32,000 nt of DNA. It comes from Candidatus Hadarchaeales archaeon (lineage in GTDB: Archaea; Hadarchaeota; Hadarchaeia; Hadarchaeales; Hadarchaeaceae). A program made the position numbers and the translations under genes. Location of the stretch: positions 150,001-182,000 of the forward strand of contig JAWBCC010000002.1 of the NCBI GenBank assembly GCA_038823825.1, read 5' to 3'. The notes beneath the pieces are model-generated. The model searched no databases and was not told the DNA's origin. It was given only the letters and a program-made list of their open reading frames with translations. This document shows positions 17,521 to 24,252 of the stretch, piece after piece; positions within the stretch are counted from its first letter, which is position 1, and every line of letters starts with the position of its first letter.

Positions 17521-19742
17521 CAATCGATCACCGAATGGTCAACTTGCAGAATTCTAACATATCCGTTTGAGCTTTTGAAGACCTGCGTTAGGAAATCGAC
17601 ATTCAACTTATCTTGGAAAGCTTGGATTCCGATAGGCTCCGGTCTGCTGGTTATTTGCTCGGACACTCCGCTGATCAACCATGCAGTTTCTATGTTCCCG
17701 GTCTGGTTGAGGAAAACCACGAGGGTTTCCGGAATTTCTGCTTCATTCTCGGGCGGGTAGAATCCTGCCATGTTTGTCGGTCTACCACTTTCGTCAATCA
17801 CAACGATTGCATATCCATCCATAGTTTTCTCCTCATTTTCGGTTCTCAGGAATACTCGCCCATTCTGGTGATCTAAGACAACTTCTCTCCTGTCGCCTCC
17901 GAAGTTGAAGACATACATGCTATCTTGCATGCTCGGTCTTAGGCCATATGGGCGATATCTGACATTTGCTTTAAATATTATTGTGAGAGGTTCGTAAACA
18001 CTGTAGTTCCACCATGCGTAATAGTACTCGTCATAAGTGAACAGTATGTAGTCGATTTTTATTCCGAAATTGTCTCTATAGGTTTTAAGATACCATTTGA
18101 GCTCGTTTTCACCAATCTGTGGAAAACGCTGAACGTCGGTTCTCCTTCCGTTGATGAAAAATGGTTTAGCAGGTTCGTTTACCCCGTAAAGTCTAGCTTC
18201 ATTATTCTTCACATAATAAACATAATCTGGTGGTTTCGGCCAGAAGTTTGGATCGTTTTCCCATTTTCCTTGCTCGCCTATCCCCTCCACACCATCGCAG
18301 ACGGTTTTTCTTTCCGTCGCTCCAGTCAGCAGGTGTCCGTATGACCATTGGATAGAAACTATTGCGTTTTCAGGAGTGTTCTCTCTTATCCATTTGAAAG
18401 CCTCCATAAGCGCCGCATCAAGTCCAGCTCCGAGTCGCCATTCCGTAGGCGGCGTTGTTGCTTCAGCGGCCCTTGTTGCGTTCACGACAAATGCAGATCC
18501 GAGAAGCACGATGATAGCAACGGCCAAAACCGGAGTCTGAAATCTTCTGAGCCAGCTCCAGTCAGGATGGAAGGAGAAATCCTTCAACCAGCTCAGAATA
18601 ACGCTGATCCCGACTCCAGCCATAACTGGTAAAAGCGGCCACCACTGTCTTTCAAATCTAGCCTGACCTGCTTTCGGCCACACCATCGCAAGCATTACAA
18701 TGAACCAGGCTAAAAGGAGAAAGTGATGGGGTTCTCTTTTCCAGATGCAATAGAGAACTGTTACGATACAACCGATGAGGGTTATGCCTAGGAGAAAATT
18801 GTTTTGATAGAACTTTGTGAAGATATCCGAGAAAGAAGCGGGCGCGACCATTTCGGAGGCGTAGCGTGGGAAGGATACCCTGCCACCCCCGCCAATTCCC
18901 ACATAGTCAAGTATAGACTGCGCAGTTCCCAGCCATCTGTCTGGACTAACACCTCCAGACCAGAAAACTACAGTTGACGTCACGATAGCTATCACAAACC
19001 CTATCAGCAAGGGCATATGAGAGTTCACAGTATTTTTGAACGCTAAATCGATGCTCCTCCTTTTCTTGAGAAGTTCTGTAAAGAAGTAAGCGGCGAGCGT
19101 GAACAGTATTCCGCCGATGAGGGCGACTGAGATAAACATTGACCCAGCCCAAGTCAGCACAAATAGTCCAAAAGTTATCCCGCTAAGGATTCCGTAGGGA
19201 ATGATCCCATCTTTTCCAGATTTCATAAGCTTGACAAAGAAGTAGACAGTCCAAGCGCACATGAACGTTATCGTGGGTTCTCTGTCGAAGGCCCCAACTT
19301 TGTTCCAATATATTGATGATACGAGGGTTGTGAAGAGGAAGGCCGCCACCGCTCCTGCAACATCCCCGTGAAGCTCCCGACCAAGCAGAAAAATCGGGAT
19401 TATGCTAAGACAGAAGAAAATTATTCCATAATATTTTGCTATGTCGTAGAGATCTACAGATGGTAAGACGGTCTTTACTCCGCGGTATATCATGACGGCC
19501 AGGAGGGGTTGCAACTGCTCTTTTTCGAACTCCCATCCATGCGGTGCATGTGACCATGGATTTTTCTCTGCAAATCCGTTGTTTCTTTCCAACAACTTGG
19601 CTTCTGCCCAGATCCATCCGCTGTCGGATGTTGTAAGAGTCTCGTATCTTTTACCCGGGATTAAGAGAATGGATGAAGCGATTACCATTAACGCTAGCAG
19701 ATATCCGGCTATCAGATATCTCCTGTAGTTCAGCGCCAACAC
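17520..19742 (-). CDS. GT-C fold membrane glycosyltransferase, STT3/AglB-like oligosaccharyltransferase homolog (divergent)
   Basis: About 13 hydrophobic segments in the first ~420 aa, then a soluble C-terminal domain. The junction AFKWIRENTPENAIVSIQWSYGHLLTGATERKTV mirrors the AglB pattern (W..enTp....v.sWWDYGy.i......R.t). An EL1-like segment (TTSDSGW...WSHAPHGW), DRE at about residues 153-155 and YASE at about 294-297 resemble the catalytic acidic motifs. Confidence 0.6.
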   Translation of the reverse strand: MLALNYRRYLIAGYLLALMVIASSILLIPGKRYETLTTSDSGWIWAEAKLLERNNGFAEKNPWSHAPHGWEFEKEQLQPLLAVMIYRGVKTVLPSVDLYDIAKYYGIIFFCLSIIPIFLLGRELHGDVAGAVAAFLFTTLVSSIYWNKVGAFDREPTITFMCAWTVYFFVKLMKSGKDGIIPYGILSGITFGLFVLTWAGSMFISVALIGGILFTLAAYFFTELLKKRRSIDLAFKNTVNSHMPLLIGFVIAIVTSTVVFWSGGVSPDRWLGTAQSILDYVGIGGGGRVSFPRYASEMVAPASFSDIFTKFYQNNFLLGITLIGCIVTVLYCIWKREPHHFLLLAWFIVMLAMVWPKAGQARFERQWWPLLPVMAGVGISVILSWLKDFSFHPDWSWLRRFQTPVLAVAIIVLLGSAFVVNATRAAEATTPPTEWRLGAGLDAALMEAFKWIRENTPENAIVSIQWSYGHLLTGATERKTVCDGVEGIGEQGKWENDPNFWPKPPDYVYYVKNNEARLYGVNEPAKPFFINGRRTDVQRFPQIGENELKWYLKTYRDNFGIKIDYILFTYDEYYYAWWNYSVYEPLTIIFKANVRYRPYGLRPSMQDSMYVFNFGGDRREVVLDHQNGRVFLRTENEEKTMDGYAIVVIDESGRPTNMAGFYPPENEAEIPETLVVFLNQTGNIETAWLISGVSEQITSRPEPIGIQAFQDKLNVDFLTQVFKSSNGYVRILQVDHSVID

Positions 19743-19766
19743 CCTGTTAAGTGTAGAACGGGAAAT

Positions 19767-20060
19767 TTAAGAGCTTGCTTTAGGAGCTTCCTCTTTCTTT
19801 TCAGGTTCGGGTGGCGGAGACGTCACTTCTTTTGTAGTTGCCATTATCCACCCAAGCCAGACACCCAGCGCCGAGACCACCCAGACTCCGATTGCTACCG
19901 GCAGTACAATGAACCACGAAGTAGTTCTAGCGTAGTCAAATAGACCGATTTCCAACCACCCTACTTTTGCTAATACAAAACCCACATAAAGGGCGAAAAC
20001 GATAGCGCCGACTATGCAGAGGAGAACTCCTAAGACCTTACCCTTTCCCACAGTGTTCAC
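19767..20060 (-). CDS. Small membrane protein (2-3 TM) with Pro/Glu/Lys-rich C-terminal tail, hypothetical
   Basis: Hydrophobic segments VLGVLLCIVGAIVFALYVGFVLA and WFIVLPVAIGVWVVSALGVWLGWIMA, with tail PPPEPEKKEEAPKASS. It lies 24 nt upstream of the STT3-like gene on the same strand. Confidence 0.5.
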   Translation of the reverse strand: MNTVGKGKVLGVLLCIVGAIVFALYVGFVLAKVGWLEIGLFDYARTTSWFIVLPVAIGVWVVSALGVWLGWIMATTKEVTSPPPEPEKKEEAPKASS

Positions 20061-20104
20061 CTCGTCATATCATTTATTTTCCTATTAAATACTTTTTTCA
20101 TGAT

Positions 20105-20179
20105 GGGCCCGTGGCCTAGCCAGGATATGGCGGCAGCCTCCTAAGCTGCAAGTCCCGGGTTCAAATCCCGGCGGGCCCG
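20105..20179 (+). tRNA. tRNA-Arg (anticodon CCU), no encoded CCA
   Basis: GGGCCCG acceptor stem pairs with CGGGCCC. Anticodon arm is GCAGC CTCCTAA GCTGC. T-arm is CCGGG TTCAAAT CCCGG. Discriminator is G, followed by CTA rather than CCA. Confidence 0.9.
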
Positions 20180-20192
20180 CTAGGAATTAAGG

Positions 20193-20492
20193 TTAGGTTC
20201 CAAAAAGCTCAAAAAGGGCGAACACACCCATAGCAAACGCCAAGAAGAACCACACCGGATTTTGAAGCAGTCCGAGTCCCGCGCAGACTCCACCGGCCAG
20301 CGAATAAAAAACAGTTTTGTTGTTTTCTTTCTTTTTTGTCTGAGGCGAGGACGGAACTCGAGAAATCCGAAGTCCGGGTGTCCTAAATCTCGATGTGATA
20401 TTTTTGTTGTGTTGATGTTTTTTGTTTACAAGCTCGATCCGAGGACTGCGGAAGTTTAAAAAATCGGGATTATTTTTCTTTTGTCTCTTCAT
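20193..20492 (-). CDS. Hypothetical tail-anchored membrane protein with basic disordered N-terminus
   Basis: The ATG directly abuts the upstream stop (TAAATG). The N-terminal 60 aa are K/R/N/H-rich and low in complexity; the C-terminal 40 aa form two hydrophobic helices. No family recognised, and coding status is uncertain. Confidence 0.35.
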   Translation of the reverse strand: MKRQKKNNPDFLNFRSPRIELVNKKHQHNKNITSRFRTPGLRISRVPSSPQTKKKENNKTVFYSLAGGVCAGLGLLQNPVWFFLAFAMGVFALFELFGT

Positions 20493-21116
20493 TTATATCC
20501 CCTGAAAAGAGCCTGTGGAAATAATGTATTTCTTGTATCTCTTTATAATATCGATTTTTGAATTTTCGGAAACAGAGAGGAGACTAAAAATCCTTATCTT
20601 TCTCAATTTTTCTAAAATCTCTTCTCTAGTACATTTCATAGAATACCTTTTATCGAGGTAGATTTGAAGGTCGTCTACTCCTATCGGTCCCGATCGCGCG
20701 ATTTCTTGTAGAATTCTAATAGCCACTTTGTCGTTGCTAAGTGTTTCCATGCACATTTCAACGTATTCCTGTGCAGGAGTTTTTTCAAGTCTGATCTCGA
20801 GTGCTTCTTCGAGAGTCTTCCTCACCTTCTCATTTTCAAAAGTTTCTTCGATGGTATCGACCAACTTGAGAAATGTTTCTCCCAAGCAGTCCCTTTTATA
20901 GTCAACCGTATCACGTAGTTCAATTCCGAAGAGCTCGATGAGCACTCGGAGGGGACCATATTTGAGCAACTCGGAGTGGTATGTTATCGCGTCTGCTATT
21001 GAAATATTTTTGAGACTCCGCAACCAGTAGCTCACGGGGTTATAGGCCGGACAGAGAGACACAAGTGAGTTGACGATGCTTCTGAGGTTGTCATTTATCT
21101 TCGATTTCTCCCTCAC
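20493..21116 (-). CDS. Hypothetical helical protein with possible C-terminal wHTH
   Basis: This is the only long ORF in this AT-rich segment. GTG start with a TATA-like CTTTAAAAAC about 25-30 nt upstream. The product is helical and E/K/L-rich. The segment VAIRILQEIARSGPIGVDDLQIYL...ILEKLRKIRIF resembles a winged helix. No family recognised. Confidence 0.55.
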   Translation of the reverse strand: MREKSKINDNLRSIVNSLVSLCPAYNPVSYWLRSLKNISIADAITYHSELLKYGPLRVLIELFGIELRDTVDYKRDCLGETFLKLVDTIEETFENEKVRKTLEEALEIRLEKTPAQEYVEMCMETLSNDKVAIRILQEIARSGPIGVDDLQIYLDKRYSMKCTREEILEKLRKIRIFSLLSVSENSKIDIIKRYKKYIISTGSFQGI

Positions 21117-21243
21117 GGATAAAAATTGATTTTCAATGTTTTTAAAGTCTCACACAATGAACAGAAAAGTTCAAAAGGTGGTTTTCGACTGAGTTTGAGA
21201 AGTTGATAAAGCTTATCTTACTTATTTTGTTAATTTTTCTTGA

Positions 21244-21321
21244 GCTCCGGTGGTGTAGCCCGGTCAAACATGCGAGCCTCTCGAGCTCGCGCCCCGGGTT
21301 CAAATCCCGGCCGGAGCACCA
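21244..21321 (+). tRNA. tRNA-Glu (anticodon CUC), CCA encoded
   Basis: GCTCCGG acceptor stem pairs with CCGGAGC. Anticodon arm is CGAGC CTCTCGA GCTCG. T-arm is CCGGG TTCAAAT CCCGG. Discriminator A is followed by CCA. Confidence 0.9.
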
Positions 21322-21444
21322 TTTTCGAATTAAAAACTTGCTTTCTTCAATTTCTTTTCAGAATTTTTCAACTTTTTCGTGTTTCTTCTCTATGTATTCC
21401 ATTAACTCATGCAAACTTCGAAGCTGTTCAACAAGATTCGTGGG

Positions 21445-21943
21445 TTATGAGATGCAAGAAGAACCGGACTCCTGAAGATTATCCTCTGAATCAGATAGCA
21501 GGAAATTCTTTGGTTTCTCCCACTCTGCTACCGGACCATCGACAATGTAGAAGACTGGGTTTGGTTCTACGTCCTCCAGACCTCTTATCCGATGCCACCA
21601 CTCAGGGTCTCTGGTCGAGAGCTTGTGTAGGAGTAGTTTGTACTCATACTTTATCTGTCCCGACGTCACAGGTATTAAGTCGATGCTAGAGATATTGTAC
21701 ACCTTGATCTTGCCGAGGTTAAATCTATATCCTCTGTCACGACCCTCGAGATAGACGTAGTAGAGATAGGTTCCAATAGCAAGCATGGGGTCGAACGCTT
21801 TTTTTAAATCTGATTAGCTGTGGGTGGTTCGTATAACCTTTAGTATGTCCGCTAAGAACCTTCTGAGCTAGAAGACCTTCTCTCCAGAGAGCAATTAAGC
21901 CTACTCTGTCCAGATACTTAGGGTGAATAGACCACAGTCTCAC
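21445..21943 (-). pseudogene. Pyrimidine-dimer DNA glycosylase / T4 endonuclease V-like (Pyr_excise family), disrupted by a 1-nt frameshift
   Basis: ORF 21737..21943 begins (V)RLWSIHPKYLDRVGLIALWREGLLAQKVLSGHTKGYTNHPQLIRFKK, the hallmark N-terminus of the family. ORF 21445..21786 continues it in another frame (AFDPMLAIGTYLYYVYLEGRDRGYRF...VTSGQIKYEYKLLLHKLSTRDPEWW...VDGPVAEWEK). The frames switch at an A7 run (T7 on the plus strand, 21799-21805). Confidence 0.7.
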
Positions 21944-22133
21944 TCACGTACCCCGCTATGCTAGAGCACACCTCCAAAATAAGTTTATCCCATGTCTGAA
22001 ATCTACATTTCACGACATCACCTTAACTTTAAAAGCATGTGGAAAAAATCTAGAATGTAATGAATGTTCAATTGCTGTGGCATGTGATGGCTGCAGAAGC
22101 CAATAATAGTCGGTATGGGGTGATTTTTATTTG

Positions 22134-22220
22134 GCGGGGGTGCCTGAGAGGCGAAAGGGCAGGACTTAAGATCCTGTGGCCGTAGGGCCCTCGAGGGTTC
22201 GAATCCCTCCCCCCGCACCA
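22134..22220 (+). tRNA. tRNA-Leu (anticodon UAA), CCA encoded
   Basis: GCGGGGG acceptor stem pairs with CCCCCGC. Anticodon arm is CAGGA CTTAAGA TCCTG. Long variable arm (TGGCCGTAGGGCCCT) as expected for class II tRNA-Leu. T-arm is GAGGG TTCGAAT CCCTC. Discriminator A is followed by CCA. Confidence 0.9.
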
Positions 22221-22318
22221 GCATTTGAGGAGGTTGGGACGATCACCAATGAACATTTTTTGAGTTTTCAGTTTTTTAGCATCAATCTGTTTTTGAGCCG
22301 TATGCCCTTTCCACAAGC

Positions 22319-22328
22319 TTAATTTAAG
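22319..22328 (+). promoter_or_regulatory. TATA-like box upstream of the CBS-domain gene
   Basis: TTAATTTAAG is centred about 26-27 nt upstream of ATG 22349. It is preceded by three oligo-T tracts (22255-22300) that would terminate the tRNA-Leu transcript. Confidence 0.4.
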
Positions 22329-22348
22329 AAACAATCAAGCCAGTAGTG

Positions 22349-22792
22349 ATGGCTCAAAAAAGAAAGTTGAACCAGTTGGACATTCTTAGGAAAACAAAGG
22401 TTGGAGACGTGATGGACAGATCGCCCATTCTAATCACACCAGAAACACCGCTTAAGAAAGTGATGGCTCATATCCGCAGGGGTAAGGAGTTTTTCCCCGT
22501 CGTCGATAAAGAGAAAAGATTGCTGGGGGTTCTTAGCGAAAGCGATATTTTTAGACTTTTCATGCCTCGACGCAGGATAGCTACAGTTGGCGCACCAGAA
22601 ATCAAAGAGATAAGCGTGGTGCAGACCGCTGATGATGTGATGACGAAAAAGCCAATCTCAATAGACCCAGAAAGCACACTACTTGAAGCGATACAGTTGA
22701 TGGCGTTTTATAAGTTCAGACATCTCCCCGTTGTTAAAAAAGGCAAGATCGTGGGTGTTCTCTCTCTCAGAGACATCCTAAAGAAGATTTAA
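22349..22792 (+). CDS. CBS-domain pair protein
   Basis: Two CBS repeats (VGDVMDRSPILITPETPLKKV...FPVVDKEKRLLGVLSESDI and ADDVMTKKPISIDPESTLLEAIQLM...HLPVVKKGKIVGVLSLRDI). Start is GTG 22346 or ATG 22349. Confidence 0.85.
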   Translation: MAQKRKLNQLDILRKTKVGDVMDRSPILITPETPLKKVMAHIRRGKEFFPVVDKEKRLLGVLSESDIFRLFMPRRRIATVGAPEIKEISVVQTADDVMTKKPISIDPESTLLEAIQLMAFYKFRHLPVVKKGKIVGVLSLRDILKKI

Positions 22793-22805
22793 AAGGTGAT
22801 GGATC

Positions 22806-24014
22806 TTGGATCTCTCCATCCTTTTGTTTTACTTAGCCATGTGTTTGCTCCTAGCTAGGATTGGAGGAATTCTAGCCACCAAATTGCGGCAACCTAGCCT
22901 CCTAGGAGAAATATGTGCAGGGATTATCGCTGGACCATCGGTCTCCGGTCTAATTTCTTCTCACCTCATCGGCACAAGACTATGTATAGATCTGCAAAGC
23001 CCGGCGGGCGAATGGATTTCTTCTCTGGCAGAAATAGGAGCCTTAATTCTTCTTTTTCTTGCAGGTCTTTCGCTTGAATTGAGGGAAATAAAGAAATACG
23101 CTAGGCCCTCTCTCACAACGGCTGTCTTTGGGGCTCTCTGGGCCTTTCTATTGGGTTTTGCAACGATCCACGTTTTGGGATGGTCATTTCTTACAGCTGC
23201 TTTTGCTGGAGGGATCTTGGTGGCAACGAGTGTCGGAATAACCGTCGAGACTCTAATGGAGCTGGGAAAACTACACTCACGCAGCGGCGTAACAATTTTG
23301 GGAGCAGCAGTCATAGACGATATCATCGGAATAATCTTCTTGAGCGTTCTTTCAGGGATCGCCTTGGGAACTCTGTCTGTCGTTGGGGTTTTCGAGACAC
23401 TTCTTCTAATGATTATATTTTTTGTTGCCGTTATCATTTTTGGTCTGAAAATCATTCCCAAAATTTTCTCGCGGGTTTCTCTGACGTATCAACCTGAAAT
23501 GTCTCTTTCTCTGGCACTAGTCCTCATCTTTCTGATATCGGGCATAGCACAAAAGGTCCAAATCGCAGCGATAACAGGGGCTTTTTTAACAGGCCTTTTC
23601 ATAGGCAGAACTCCAGTCTCCCGCCCGCTCAAAGATATAGTTTCCACCCTAGGTTACGGATTCCTCATCCCCCTGTTTTTCTTCGAAACAGGTCTCCGGA
23701 TGGACATATGGGTGCTGGGTAAAATAGGGCCAGCAGTTTTGCTTTTCTTGCTTGCGGCCTTTGTGAGCAAAATAGTCGGTTGTGGATTAGGTGCGATGGT
23801 GGGCGGTTTAGGCAAAAAGGACGGTCTGGGGATAGGAATCGGCATGTTGCCTAGAGCGGAGGTTGCTCTCATCATCGCCTCGATCGGTATAAAGATCGGA
23901 GCGGTTGGTCCGGACCTCTTCTCCATGACAATCGTGACGATTCTTGTGACAAGCCTTCTCACACCATTTTTCCTCAAAACGGTTTACGCGAAGAATTCTA
24001 ATCAACATGCTTGA
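22806..24014 (+). CDS. Cation:proton antiporter (CPA2 / Kef-type Na+/H+ exchanger membrane domain only)
   Basis: N-terminus LARIGGILATKLRQPSLLGEICAGIIAGPS and about 12 TM segments typical of the Na_H_Exchanger family. TTG start is preceded by AGGTGAT. At 402 aa there is no C-terminal RCK/KTN domain. Confidence 0.88.
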   Translation: MDLSILLFYLAMCLLLARIGGILATKLRQPSLLGEICAGIIAGPSVSGLISSHLIGTRLCIDLQSPAGEWISSLAEIGALILLFLAGLSLELREIKKYARPSLTTAVFGALWAFLLGFATIHVLGWSFLTAAFAGGILVATSVGITVETLMELGKLHSRSGVTILGAAVIDDIIGIIFLSVLSGIALGTLSVVGVFETLLLMIIFFVAVIIFGLKIIPKIFSRVSLTYQPEMSLSLALVLIFLISGIAQKVQIAAITGAFLTGLFIGRTPVSRPLKDIVSTLGYGFLIPLFFFETGLRMDIWVLGKIGPAVLLFLLAAFVSKIVGCGLGAMVGGLGKKDGLGIGIGMLPRAEVALIIASIGIKIGAVGPDLFSMTIVTILVTSLLTPFFLKTVYAKNSNQHA

Positions 24015-24177
24015 TTTTAAGAACGTAGTCGCAGCTATCGCAGCGATAAGCTATCCATGTTGCGTCTGAAGCGATTTCATCACCTTCCACCCATCTTTTG
24101 AGCCTACCTCTTCCGCACTTCGGACATTTCATACCACTGAGCTTCATTCCGATCTCCAACCAGATTGGAATCGGCAT
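23998..24177 (-). CDS. Small zinc-ribbon protein (59 aa), not in the supplied ORF track
   Basis: My manual translation of the minus strand: MPIPIWLEIGMKLSGMKCPKCGRGRLKRWVEGDEIASDATWIAYRCDSCDYVLKIKHVD*. It has two CxxC pairs (CPKC...CDSC) about 26 aa apart. An internal ATG (M11) is preceded by GGAG. It is one residue short of what appears to be a 60-aa cutoff in the track. Confidence 0.45.
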   Translation of the reverse strand: MPIPIWLEIGMKLSGMKCPKCGRGRLKRWVEGDEIASDATWIAYRCDSCDYVLKIKHVD

Positions 24178-24252
24178 CGGAAGGCTTTAATCCTCACCTA
24201 AACCATCACTTATTTGAGGCTAGACCCGAGGGGTAATCCCGAGGGTCGGAAG

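Noticed and set aside
20154-21311. A 19-nt perfect direct repeat CCCGGGTTCAAATCCCGGC at 20154-20172 and 21293-21311 flanks the unknown two-gene cassette. I considered it as a possible attL/attR pair.
   Set aside because: Both copies are simply the T-arms of tRNA-Arg and tRNA-Glu, and nearly the same T-arm occurs in tRNA-Pro. The identity is explained by tRNA conservation, not by integration.
21927-22103. Open plus-strand frame of 59 codons ending in a Cys-rich stretch ...PCLKS...ACGKNLECNECSIAVACDGCRSQ, which looks like a metal-binding motif.
   Set aside because: The frame contains no ATG, GTG or TTG. It overlaps the start of the glycosylase pseudogene and the likely tRNA-Leu promoter. It cannot be supported as a gene and is at most a decayed fragment.
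21203-22334. ORFs overlapping tRNA genes: 1204..1404(-), 21203..21475(+), 21240..21689(+), 22018..22224(-), 22068..22334(-).
   Set aside because: They read straight through cloverleaf tRNA sequences (Pro, Glu, Leu). Their translations are not protein-like outside the tRNA region.
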